Below are positions 11,243 to 23,129 of a stretch of 64,000 bases of DNA, one piece after another (position 1 is the stretch's first letter; each line of letters opens with the position of its first letter). A program made the position numbers and the translations under genes. This stretch comes from Heteronotia binoei (Eukaryota), in contig NC_083224.1 of assembly GCF_032191835.1 (NCBI RefSeq), positions 134,912,001 to 134,976,000 on the forward strand. The letters are read 5' to 3'. Under the pieces are notes generated by a model, which worked only from the letters and a program-made list of their open reading frames with translations, had not been told where the DNA came from and searched no databases.

Positions 11243-11394
11243 ACCCTGATGACGCAATTTCTGGTGACGTCACCGGATGTGACGTCACTGGCCACGTCCC
11301 CTTCATTAATTATGCACGGGGTTGACAGTTTCCGGTGACATCACCAGAAGTGACGCCCCTTCATTAATAATGCGTGGGGGGACTATTTACTACT
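11243..11394 (-). promoter_or_regulatory. Polinton terminal (TIR) segment: putative protein-primed origin with CRE/ETS sites
   Basis: TGACGTCA at 11265-11272 and 11280-11287; CCGGATGTGACGTCAC; two related repeats ending CCCCTTCATTAAT(T/A)ATGC; terminal TACTACT. Confidence 0.75.
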
Positions 11395-11610
11395 TATAAC
11401 CAATGAAATGAGGACGCCCACTTGCCTCATCCAAAAGCCTGGTGGAATAGCTCCGTTTTACAGGCCTACGGAATGATAGTAAATCTGGTAGGGCCCGAAT
11501 CTCTGTGGGAAGCTGATTCCACCAGGCTGGGGCCAGGGCCGAAAAGGCTCTGGTCCTGGTTGAGGCAAGCTGGACATCCTTTGGGCCAGAGATGGTCAAA
11601 AGATGTTCGT
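11395..11610 (-). mobile_element. L2 LINE 3' fragment
   Basis: STRTRAFSALAPAWWNQLPTEIRAL, the L2 ORF2 C-terminal motif; same family as 25010-25360. Confidence 0.8.
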
Positions 11611-11811
11611 TAGCAAATCATAGTAGTCTCCAGGGTTCATATGGGAAAAGGCACTCCTGCAGGTATACATATTTGCATGTAATATATAGTTAGTTTCTTG
11701 GTTCAAATAAGTCTGTGAAAAAACATGATTATTGAAATAAAATAGATCCCTACTTCCAGGGGCTTCCAGTTTATGCAATGTGTGAACCTATGGATGAATA
11801 AACATTTGAAG

Positions 11812-12062
11812 ATTGGATTTATACCCCACCCTTCACTACCCAAAGGAGTCTCAGAGCAGCTTACAATCTCTTTTCTCTTCCCCTCCCCACAACAGACACC
11901 CTGTAAGGTAGGTGGAACTGAGAGAGCTCTAACAGAAGCTGCTCTTGAGAGGAACAGCTCTGTGAGAACTTGTGACTGACTCAAGGTCACATCAGCAGGT
12001 GCATGTGCTGGAATAGGAAATCAAACTAAGTTCTTCCAGATAAGAGTCCACACACTTAACCT
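11812..12062 (-). mobile_element. MIR/Ther1-derived SINE (Squam3-like)
   Basis: Reverse complement of the head GGTTAAGTGTGTGGACTCTTATCTGG; CORE-like CACCTACCTTACAGGGTG; tail GGGTATAAA. Confidence 0.8.
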
Positions 12063-13531
12063 TTTAAATCAGACCGGCTTTCAAACAAGCCTTTGTTCTC
12101 TAATCCAAATGTTACCTGCTCAGACTGAGACGCAGGATCCAGTCAAAGTTTCAAAGTCTAAAGTCTAAGAGCAGATGTTCAGCTGTGCATGGCCGAGTCT
12201 GGTTCAAGGTATCAAAGTCAGGATCAAGACAAAAGAAAGGTGCAGACTGGAAGAGGTTTCAGACTAGAATGAATGATCTTTTATGTTAAACAGCCTGCAG
12301 TTAGCATGGTCCTAGTTGACAAGTCCTAGCTGACAAATTATCTTTTTTTCACTCTTTTTCTGTAACTGTCTGTAATCTATATATCTGTTTCCCAGGTGTG
12401 GTCCTCATCTGCGGATAGCTAAACCTGCAGAGGGGGACCACACTTGCTTCAAACAGATTTTTCTGAAAACTTGGGTGACCCCCTAGAGTTGTAGAAAAAA
12501 TTGATTTTTTTAAAAAAACAATTGGAGAGTTTAAATTCCTCCAAATTAAATAGAGTGTTTTCTGTGCATGCACAGACAGCACACCTACTGTTAATCAGCT
12601 GGAGAGGTGCCTGGCAATTGCTGCTGCAGCAGTGGCAAAACCTGGGAGAACTCCAAGCCCAGCTCTAGTGGGGCCCAAAAGTAACCCCAAGCCCAGTCAT
12701 GGTGGTGAAGCCCAGGAACTGCTCCAAGTACAGCTGTGGCAGCAGCAGAGCCCAGGAGCTGCTCCAGGCTCAGACTCAGAGCAGCTCCCAGTCACTAACA
12801 CTGTTGAGGAAATTATGCTGGACAGTGTTTAGGGGAAAATGAGATTCCTTTACCCATGAATTTCATGGGACCCCCACTTGTTTCTTTATAGTTTTAATTT
12901 GGGAAATGTGTCATTATGGGCTGGAGCATGTTTGTGAACCCTAGGTATAGTTGCTCTTTGCTATTATTCTGAAGAACAAGGTTAATAAAAATAAAGAGAG
13001 CATTCTATTTTAGCCAAAGGCAGTGAAATGTGGACTAGTGACTATTTAGCAAATAGGTCATATCTGATTCTATTAACTGATTCATTTTGCTCCATTTTTC
13101 CATTCATGACCCACTAAAGACTGTTCTTTAGCTATCTTGACTGTTCTAGCTATCTTGAATACTGGGACTATTATTGTTTACACATCCAACTAGCAATACA
13201 TTTGCAGGCTGAGACACTTTGATAAGCCTAGTAAGGGATGATTCAGATTTCCTCGATCTCAACAGAAGAAGCTGTGCATTTGCAAAGTAAAGCATGGGGC
13301 TCTCAGCCAAAACAAACAGTAGAAAACTTGTCAGAACCCCACCAATAAATATCACAGATTGCCATTGCAGCTGTATTGCCAGCACATGAATTAGTGGCTG
13401 AATTATAAAGTGAATTATAAATTATAAAGCACAAACAATTGTGCTTTATATCCTTCCAAAAACAGCTTTACTGGTTTTAAGCAAACTATTCCCAACCAAA
13501 TGTTAAGCCTCACTGATCTCGTAGTAACAGT

Positions 13532-13643
13532 GGTTGCATTCACACTAGACTAAATAATACGTTTTTCAACTGGATTTTCGCTATTCTTACACAGCAAAAA
13601 TGCAGTTGCAAAACACATTATTTAGTGTAATGTGAATGCACCC
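13532..13643. mobile_element. Small PIF/Harbinger-like MITE
   Basis: Inverted ends GGTTGCATTCACA / TGTGAATGCACCC; 3-bp TSD AGT; similar element at 34337-34427. Confidence 0.65.
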
Positions 13644-15665
13644 AGTATGTTAGCCCCTGTACATGTAGGATAACCCTGTATGAGCTTGCCTAAGTTTCTT
13701 GGAGGACAGCAAAGATACAGTTACTGTAAATAATGCCATCATGACCACACCACAGAATTCATGTAACCATCTTTCCAGTAATCCTAACTGACTAAGTCAT
13801 GTTACTTTTTTTCATTCTTAGTCACATTATGTTATGCAAGCCAAGGGTCTGCCTGGAAATTCTGTGCCCTTGGATTCCATTTTCAGCAACACTGAACTGC
13901 TGTTGGAAGAAAACTGGTTGCATGTTTATCTGGCAGAATGGTTCAATGGAAGGGACTTTGTATAGAAGGAATTTTTAAAAGGTGTACCCTGTTGTGCATG
14001 GGTGAAATGTACTGAATCCTCTTTTCTACACACAGTTAAATGCACAGAATCTGTATTCTTCTTTATTCTCCTCCTGGGAATAATCAGGAATAGAACCCAT
14101 ACAGGAATTTCACCCTGATCCTCTTTGTTTATGAAACACTTTTAACTACTATGTAACTATAATGTTGTAATCAAATAATTGAATAATACATGAATTGTTT
14201 AAAAACATTACAGAGATATAAGAACAGATATATAAAATACCTATAAGGCAAAACTTATAGCTAAAAATGAAAGCAATGAAATACATGGATGGTCTCCTGA
14301 TACTGCTGTGAAGTACAATTGTAGTCTAATGCTGATCTGAAAGAATTCAGAAGGTGAACAAGAAGGTAAATGCCCAATTTCAGGATGCACCACCTAACTT
14401 CATCCCTTGAGTGCTGTACATTGATTCCAAAATTAATGGTTACAGGTAGACAAAGTAGTCACTGTTAACTTGGTTTTACTTGTAACAGTGAAGCTGCTAC
14501 TCTAAGAAAATATTTTTAAAAGTCTTGACTCTTTTTTCAGCATATAAAAGAAGCTGATCATATGTTTGCTGCACTAATCTTGGAAAATTATTCAAATCAA
14601 TAATAATAGATACCTCAGCCAGAAAACTAACTTGGGTATCTAAATGTTGCATATCAAATAGAAAAAAATGTCAGTGTTGAATTGTCCTCTTGGGAATACT
14701 GGTCATATAAAACCTGAAAGAGAACAGTTTCTTAATTCAAGGTTGTGTGACATCTTCCATAATTACAAAAAAATACTGAGGTATCAAAATCAAGTCTATG
14801 TAGGAACTTTGTTAAAAAGCATAAATCACACGATCACTGGATGTAATGCCTTGGCAATCAAGACTGTAAACCTACACTGTGTACTTCTAATCATGCTCAG
14901 TATTACAATTATGTATCATTTTAGAAAATGGGCACTTCACAATCTATTGGAACAAACCTGCCAATATTAACAGGAGAATAAACTACAAGAATCCTGATGT
15001 AGTATTTGCAGACAAAAAAGAGAAACAAACAGCTCCTGTAGCTATTGTGGTGACATGCATCTGACATATAACATGAAGCAATTCAAATTCCAATTCATCA
15101 TGATAAAAACAAAAAGGACACAGAAGCATGATAGGAAAGACAAAATAGAAACTTTCTGCTATTGAAATGCTGGTCATCTCTGAATAATAACCTAAAAGAA
15201 GTGTGAACATTGAATGATACTGTGATGGTCTAGGAAAGAAATGGCCTCACTAAAGTATAATTGCACAATTCACAAACTACCCAGCAACTCTTTATGCTTT
15301 CCAGTATGAAGATGAGTTCTAAGGAATTGTAAAGCTTGGTATCATGAGATTGTGATATTCTGATTGGTCTTAATTAAAAGGTATATAATGACTATCTTTT
15401 TGTCCAAGAACAACTAGCCATTGTGCTTCAGGGATGCCACATTACTTGAACATTTCTTGAGTATCTCAGAAAATCAGAATGAAAATAAGGGGGTGGGAGA
15501 CATCTGTATGGGTTAGAAATTTATTTCCACCATATCTGATCAATATCTGACATATGCTGATAAAAGACAGTAACAGAAGTAGGCAATATTTTGCAAGAGG
15601 AAGGGAAAGACAATACCGAATCCTGTAGAATAAATGCAAGGTTTTTTTCACACATTCTGGCATGC

Positions 15666-17400
15666 TCTCTCTCTCTCTCGGCTTGACTTCGCGAACGAAG
15701 ATTTAGGAAGGGTGCAGTAGTCCACGTCTGCTGCAGGCTCGCTGGTGGCTGACAAGACCAATGCGGGACAGGCAGATCCGGCCACAGTGGCTGCAGGGAA
15801 AAGTTTGATTTGGGGTTGATGCTGTAGCAGTGCGATTCTTCCTCAATCTCCTTTTGTCCTTAAGACCAGCTATGCGTGCGTTCTCAAAGGAAGAGACAGC
15901 ATGGTGGATGGTGTGCCTCCATGCTTTGCGATCTGAGGCTAGGTCAGACCACTGGTGATGGTTGATGCGACAGGTGCCAAGGGATTTCTTCAAGGAGTCC
16001 TTGTACCTCTTCTTTGGTGCCCCTCTATTTCGATGGCCAGTGGAAAGTTCGCCATACAGAGCAACCTTGGGAAGGCGGTGGTTTTCCATCCTAGAAATAT
16101 GCCCTGCCCAGCGCAGCTGCGTCTTCAACAGCAGGGCTTCGATGCTTGTAACCTCCGCCCTCTTGAGGACTTCAGTGTTGGTCACAAAGTCACTCCAGTG
16201 GATGTTGAGGATGGTGCGAAGGCAGCGCTGATGAAAGCGCTCAAGGAGTCGCAGGTGATGACGGTATAAAACCCACGATTCGGAGCCGTAGATGAGGGTT
16301 GTCATCACAAACGCTTTGTAAACATTGATCTTTGTGCCTTTTTTCAGATGCTTGTTGCTCCACACTCTTTTGTGCAGTCGGCCAAATGCACGATTTGCCT
16401 TTGCCAGTCTGTTGTCAATCTCCTTGTCGATCTTGGCATCTGAGGAGATGATGCACCCCAGGTAGCTGAACTGCTGGACTGTCTTCAGAACTGATTCACC
16501 CACAGTGATGCAGGGAGGGTGATAATCTTCCTGGGGTGCAGGCTGGTGGAGAACTTCTGTCTTCTTCAGACTAACTTCTAGGCCGAATAGCTTGGCAGCC
16601 TCTGCAAAGCAGGACGTCATATGCTGCAGAGCTGATACCGAGTGGGAGACGAGTGCAGCATCATCAGCAAATAGTAGCTCTCGGATGAGTTTTTCCATTG
16701 TCTTGGAGTGAGCCTTTAGTCGCCTCAGGTTGAACAGGCTGCCATCAGTGCGATAGCGGATGTAGACACCATCGTCATCATCTAGATCTACTGCGGCTCT
16801 TTGAAGCATCATGCTAAAGAAGATCGTAAAGAGAGTTGGCGCAAGAACGCAGCCTTGCTTTACACCTGTGCCTATTGGGAAGGGCTCCGAGAGGTCGTTG
16901 CAGTGTCTGACTTGGCCTCACTGGTCTTCATGTAGCTGGATGATCATGCTGAGGAACCTTGGGGGACATCCTAAACGTTCCAAGATTTGCCATAGGCCTT
17001 TCCTGCTAACGGTATCGAAAGCTTTGGTAAGGTCGACAAAAGTCACATATAGACCCTTGTTCTGTTCCCTGCATTTCTCTTGGAGCTGCCTGAGAACAAA
17101 TACCATGTCGGTGGTGCTCCTGTTAGCTCTGAAGCCGCACTGGCTCTCTGGGAGGAGTTCTTCTGCAATGGTGGGCACCAGTCTGTTCAGGAGTATTCTG
17201 GCAAGGATTTTGCCTGCGATGGAGAGCAGGGTTATCCCCCGGTAGTTGGAGCAGTCTGACTTTTCTCCTTTGTTCTTGTATAGAGTGATGATGATTGCAT
17301 CGCGAAAGTCCTGTGGTAGTTTGCCTTGTTCCCAGCAGGTGACAAGTACTTTGTGAAGTGTGCTATGTAGTACTGTGCCCCCATGCTTCCAGATCTCTGG
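15666..17400 (-). mobile_element. RTE-clade LINE, 5'-truncated copy 1
   Basis: RT with LFADD, C-terminal CxxC...H..C finger, (GA)n tail; one CGA>TGA stop near 16919; 10-bp TSD TCTGGCATGC (15656-15665 and 17396-17405). Confidence 0.95.
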
Positions 17401-17799
17401 CATGCAGTTTAAAGATAAAAGGAAAGGCAGCTTCAGAATATCTAACATGTGGTACAGCAAACCTTAACAAGCATATATTACAAACAAGTTGGAATCTGAA
17501 AGGATTTGCAGGAGGCATCTTATTTTCCTCCCCCACTATTTCCTTTTTCCTTTTCCAGAAAGTCTCCAAAACCTCTTCACTTTTCCTGCTTTCTTGCCAA
17601 TTTCCAGATTGCCTTAATGTTCCATTTTCATTCCCCAGTGTTACTGAGTTTTTTCCTTGCGTACATACAACTTTGTTAACCTCTCCATGCTGTCCCAGTC
17701 TTTCTTCTTTTTTTTCTGTTCTTTCCTAAACTAGTTTTTCCCATACATTTTTTCCATTGTGGAATGAATTTGCAAGATAGCTTCTTCCTCAGAATTTGA

Positions 17800-18250
17800 A
17801 ATGCAAGCTTTCATGTGCATGCATACTTCTTCAGATGAGGAATGAGGTAAAATAAGCAGAGCTACATATAGCTGGTGGGGTTTAGAATGCAAAGTGGTAC
17901 AAAGTTAAAATCTAATAGCAGAATAGTAAAATTAACAAATTCAGAAAACCTTTGATCTGGGTTGCATTAGTGTGGGAAACCAATAAAACAGTAACATGTC
18001 AGAATGTGCGAATGTCTGTTAATTATTCTATTACTAATAAGCCTGCGTCAAAATGAGGGCATTTCTTTCACAGTTTTTCCTGTCCAACTAATTTACCTTT
18101 TAACATGTAACATAAATACATACATCATTCTAGTTTGCCATTAGAAAAAAATACATTAAAATATAGTGGAAGATGGGTTTAGTATATGTAATGAGATAAA
18201 TAGCCAATATCCCTTGTTTGAGTATGTCAATACAAAAACATTATTCTGAT
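17800..18250. mobile_element. Possible Penelope-like element fragment
   Basis: AGCTTTCATGTGCATGCATACTTCTTCAGATG resembles reptile Penelope pseudo-LTR ends; no ORF support. Confidence 0.35.
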
Positions 18251-18259
18251 TTTTTTGAA

Positions 18260-18506
18260 AAATGGTAAAGTAGTCCCCTGTGCAAGCGCCAGTCGTTTCT
18301 GACTCTGGGGTAACGTTGCTTTCACAACATTTTCACAGCAGACTTTTTACCGGGTGGTTTGCCATTGCCTTCCCCAGTCATCTACACTTTCCCCACAGCA
18401 AGCTGGGTACTCATTTTACCAACCTCGGAAGGATGAAAGGCTGAGTCAACCTGAGCTGGCTACCTGAAACCAGCTTCCGCCAGTATCGAACTCAGGTTGT
18501 GAGCAG
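18260..18506 (-). mobile_element. Sauria SINE, partial
   Basis: Closely similar to 2496-2797. Confidence 0.85.
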
Positions 18507-18544
18507 GGATTTTGGTTTTTTTTATCTCATTACATATGCTAAAC

Positions 18545-18790
18545 CCACTTTCACCAAGTGTGGCTATATATCCACAGTATTTCAATGTATTTCTGCATGT
18601 GAATTACTCTTTGGGTGAAGAAGTACTTCCTTTTGTCTGCTCTAAACCTACTGCTCATTAATTTGAGTGCCAAAAGTGCCCACAAGTTCTTGTATTGCAA
18701 GCAAGGGAGAAAAGTATTTTTTTTTCTCTACTTCTCTATCCCATGCATAATTTTGTAAACCTCTATCATGTTAACTCTCAATTGTCACCT
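18545..18790 (-). mobile_element. CR1 LINE 3' fragment
   Basis: Reverse complement of KKYFFTQRVIHM, matching the CR1 at 32655-32985. Confidence 0.7.
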
Positions 18791-19485
18791 CTTATTGGGG
18801 CGTCACAGAATCACTGAAACCTAGCTTGCTTTGCCAATTTCTGGTTTCAGTACCAATGATTAATTTACCTGCCTTCCTACCAGTAACTTGGCTGGTATCC
18901 CAGCCTGCTTTGCTGCATCCAACTCAGAGCAAAGCCCTGCTGCAATAAAAACTCAATTATCATAGTGTCCTGCAATGCAAGGCAGGGAAGCTGGACTCAG
19001 AAAGGCAAGCATTCTCAAAGATATGCACCTCCCTTTCTCAGATCCTAGTAAAGGAAGTTGCCAGGCATTCAAATTCAACCTTTCCTTCCTAAAAATCAAG
19101 GAAGGAAGATCCCAGGGTATGGAAAGTAACGTGCTAGCAAGAGCCTGCTGAATGCAAGAGCAATTTTGTTTTTGAGCCAGTTAATTTTGTAGCCAGGGAG
19201 AGTACAGAGCTTCAGTTGGAAAGAAGCTGGTAATAAACCAAGAATTTGTGATCTTATGAAACATAAAACTAGAGATAATTATTATATCTAATTCCCCCAT
19301 GGTGGTGGCCAAATGGAGGTCTTCCTTTGGCTAATGGGTGCATTCTATGCACTTGACAAATAATTGGCCCATCACTCGGTGTCTCTGGCCTCCCATTGGC
19401 TGACTCCCTTGCCTCCACCTACTGCAGGCCCAGAAATGTTGAACAAACTACCAAAACAGTCTTACCTCAGAGACAGACACATCTT

Positions 19486-19620
19486 ATGTATGTATGTATG
19501 TATGTATGTATGTATGTATGTATGTATGTATGCATGTATGTATGTATATATGTATTTATTTATTTAATGATTTATATCCCGCCCTTCCCACCAAGTGGCT
19601 CAGGGCGGCTTACAACAATT
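19486..19620 (-). repeat. (TATG)n microsatellite grown from an L2-family tail
   Basis: (TATG)n joined to ATATCCCGCCCTT...CTCAGGGCGGCTTACAAC, a tail also seen near 23140, 26840 and 51230. Confidence 0.8.
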
Positions 19621-20619
19621 ACAATCTTCAACTATTCTCTGTGTCCTCTCTGTCAGCCAGTCTCACAAAAAACATCGCCTGCAACAGATCTCTGCCACCC
19701 TGTCAATGGCCCACACAGATGGCCTCACAGCACACTCAGCCTCTGAAAGCTGAAGAAATAACCAGGGAACTGCTGCTGCCACAATGTGACTAGGTAGCAA
19801 GGCCTGGCCCTGCTGGGAGTGTTTCCTCACAGGCCATGGCTCTTTCCTGTCACTCCCTCTCTCCTTCCTCCCCTCAGCCTTGCCCCTAGCCAGAGGCTGT
19901 TGCTAGGCAACCAACCAGTAAAGGGAGAGGCCTCAGGTAAATAGAGTGGCATACAATGCACCCTCCAAAGTGGTTATTTTCTCCAGGATGGGGAGAGAGA
20001 TATGTTGTCTGGAGTTCAGTTGTGATCCCAGATCTTCTAGCTCCACCTGGAGGTTGGCTATCCTAGGCATGGCAGCACCCTCTGGGTGACTTCATGCCAC
20101 TTGACTGGCATGACTTATCTAGGCCTGGCTACTTGCTCCTGTTTAGCAGCAGTCCCCCTATGACAGCCAGTGTGATTTAGCAGTTGCCAACTCCAGGTGG
20201 GAAATTCCTGGAGATTTGAGGTATGGAGCTTGGAGAGAGTCTGTTTGAGGAGTACAATGCCATACACTTCAAACCAGCCATCTCCTCCTGGGAAACCACT
20301 ATTGCCGGTCTCCAGGTGAGGGCCAGAGATCACTCAGAATTACAACTGCTCTCCAGATGGCAGAGATCAGCTTCCCTTGGGGGGGGGGGGAGGAATGAAT
20401 GCTTTCACTTGGGTGGGTGGAAAAACAGCAAGGGTGGGGGGGGCACTCACCCAGAGCCTCTTTCTAGAGCCTGTTGTATTATTTATTTTGATTTCCATAA
20501 GACTCAGGGCAGGTTACAACAATGGGCCTTATTCCTAGTATTAAATGTACTTAGAAAACAAGCTTCATATCCTGGATTCAGTTCCTGGTTTTCACAAACC
20601 CAAATGAACTGTATTTATA

Positions 20620-20811
20620 TAGGGATGCCAGCCTCCAGGTGGAGATTCCCTGGATTACAGCTCATCTCCAGTCTCCAAAAATCAGTTCCTCTGGAAAAAT
20701 GTATGCTCTGGAGGGTAGAATCTATGGTATAGTATGTCACTAAAGTCCCTGTACTCCTGAGGCTCCATCTCCAAATCTCCAGGAGCTTTCCAACCTCAAT
20801 TTGGCAACCTA
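20620..20811. mobile_element. hAT (Blackjack-like) MITE
   Basis: Ends TAGGGATGCCA / TGGCAACCTA; relatives nearby at ~19950-20420; no clear TSD. Confidence 0.55.
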
Positions 20812-21496
20812 TTGTGTAAGGGCAACATTGTGGATCTAGAAATCAGTTAACTATAATTGTTTAAATCAACCATGTTTTCCTTTTGTCTGAACTGTCCACT
20901 GAAAAGAACTATTAATTACTGCATGTTGCTCTTTGGAGATGTTTTAATTCCATAAGCCTTTATTGGCAAATGACTTAATTATTTAATACTTATGATGGAC
21001 TGTCACAATGATGGACTGTTATAATGTTCCCATGACAGGTATAAAAGTAAATATGATTACTGCATTTTTGCTGGGGGGTGGATATGTTTTCTTTTCTCCT
21101 GTAGACTTTTCTTATATGTCTGGACACTCCCTAGAGTTAGTCTGCTGATTTGCTAGCAATTTGTAATTAGAATTCACATGGGTCATTCAGTACTGAAGAA
21201 CAGGTTGAAGCAGGTGAACAAAAGGGGGCATTGACCCTGTGCTACCATCTAATATTTTTGTATGCCCAGGAAGTTTTCATCTTGGCTCATATACCATGTT
21301 GTGTAGTTCAAGAAAAACTGTATCATCTAAATTGTATCTGTAGATTGGCTTCAAGGTAGATTTCACCTTTACTTCTATTTTGAGAAAAAACAAGGCAGCT
21401 TCATTGATGGCCGTTGCCAGTACACCTACTACAATTACACAAGCCTAGCAGATTGGTGAAATCTGAAATATTCTTTGAATATTTGTTGATATAGTA

Positions 21497-21569
21497 CTGT
21501 TCTACAATTTCATAATTTTTTTTAATATATATATATATATATTAAAAAAATTATGAAATTGTAGAACAG
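21497..21569. repeat. Near-perfect AT-centred palindrome
   Basis: CTGTTCTACAATTTCATAA-T8-(AT)n-A7-TTATGAAATTGTAGAACAG. Confidence 0.9.
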
Positions 21570-22064
21570 GGTCTCATGAACATAATGAAAATTAAAATCA
21601 AGGGATGTGCTTTAACAGCAAATCCTATATTGATGCTATTTGATACCCAACAGTACTATATCAACTTTACATATTCTTTCCTGGGTTGGTTTGGGGGATG
21701 GATGCTTGTATATGGATGTTTGTTATGAGAGCAATAATGTCATCTATTCAGATGCCACAACATAGCTCTTAGATAACTTCACAGAATTTTAGATTTTCCA
21801 GTGAATCAGTGTGTCTATAATTCAAATTCATCTCAAGAATGCCGAATCATATTAATATCCAAATTAATGTTTCCATTTTTGACATTGTGTGCACCAGAGC
21901 AAATATTAGAAACTGAGCAGGCTTCACTTCAGTGCCCTTGTAGCTATTTAAGGATCTTGCAAGTTATTAAAGAGATAGTGTTCATTTAGAAGCTTTTCCC
22001 ACCAACTTTAATGATAATTAATTCCAAGTAAGCATTGAGTTGTGGCCATAAGGTGATATCCTGC

Positions 22065-22300
22065 CCTTAACTGGGAGTCTCAGAATGGCTTACAATTTTT
22101 TTCCCTTCCTCTCCCCACAACAGACACCCTGTGAGGTAGGTGGTGCTGAGAGAGCTCTCCCAGAACTGCTCTTGAGCTGAACAGTTCTGCTGAGAAGTGT
22201 GACTTACTCAAGGTCACCCAGCAGCTGCATGTGGAGAAGTGGGGAATCAAACCTGGCTCTCCTAGATTAGGGTCTCCTAGATTAGCATCCACACACTTAC
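22065..22300 (-). mobile_element. Squam3-like SINE
   Basis: Same family as 11812-12062; small internal duplication CTCCTAGATTAG. Confidence 0.8.
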
Positions 22301-23129
22301 CAAACAAGCCAACCTATCATTTCATGGTTCAATTTGTGGTACAGCCACAAACTGAATCACAAAAATGTGGTTTGTGCCCCTCACACCTAGGATCCAGCCT
22401 CTATTGCCATAAATGAGATCATAGGTCTCTATGTTATAGGTAGTTAATGGAGGACAATTTTGCTTTTCTTCATGGCTTCTTTGGAATATCTAAATGGACT
22501 ATAAGACAGGTATGTGTAGAGTTGACAGTTGAGTGTCATAATCATTTCTATGGAAGCAGATTAAAAAAATCATGCCAAACATTTTTTCTTATGTAAAATT
22601 TGTGTCCTTTTCAGCTGAGAAACACAATGTTTTTCACAAGTTGTTCAGTCTTTTTCTCTAAAGGCAACTATGTGCAAGAGTTCAGCCAAGGAAACTTGGC
22701 TGCTGGTAAGACAGGCAGAGCAAAATACTGAAAGTATCTGTCACAGTTGCAACCAGAAACTTGTAACAAATTAAAGTATAACTGATTGACATTTTATTTT
22801 CGAATGTTTAATGTCACGTCAACATACCAAATGGCAGTGCAAACTCAAGTCCTGGAAATCACGATCAACTAAATTTTTTCATTGAACCTATCAGCTAGAG
22901 AAAGGGATACGTCTGTATTTTAGCTAGACAGTAGAATAACATTTCCTCAAAACCAGGTAATACCTCAAAAATTACAGTTGATTTGGCTACTTCTTTGAAG
23001 TGGAGATTTTACTAAAGAGTTTTTCAGATAATAACCCTATCAGTTTGATTTGTAAAAAGAAATCTACTTCTCACAGGTGGAAATTAAATGAAACATTGCT
23101 ACAAAAAATAAATTGTTGAGGATTGTAAG

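Larger units (their letters stand above)
7787..11394 (-). mobile_element. Maverick/Polinton (adintovirus-like endogenous virus) remnant: one terminus plus orphan, INT, minor capsid and MCP fragment
   Basis: Terminus 5'-AGTAGTAAATAG on the minus strand at 11394; co-oriented integrase-chromodomain, penton and major capsid sequences; no pPolB, ATPase, protease or second TIR seen in the window. Confidence 0.95.

Noticed and set aside
15955-17245. Plus-strand ORFs (104, 89 and 144 aa) repeated at 61028-62579
   Set aside because: Antisense shadows of the RTE reading frame, repeated only because the element is duplicated
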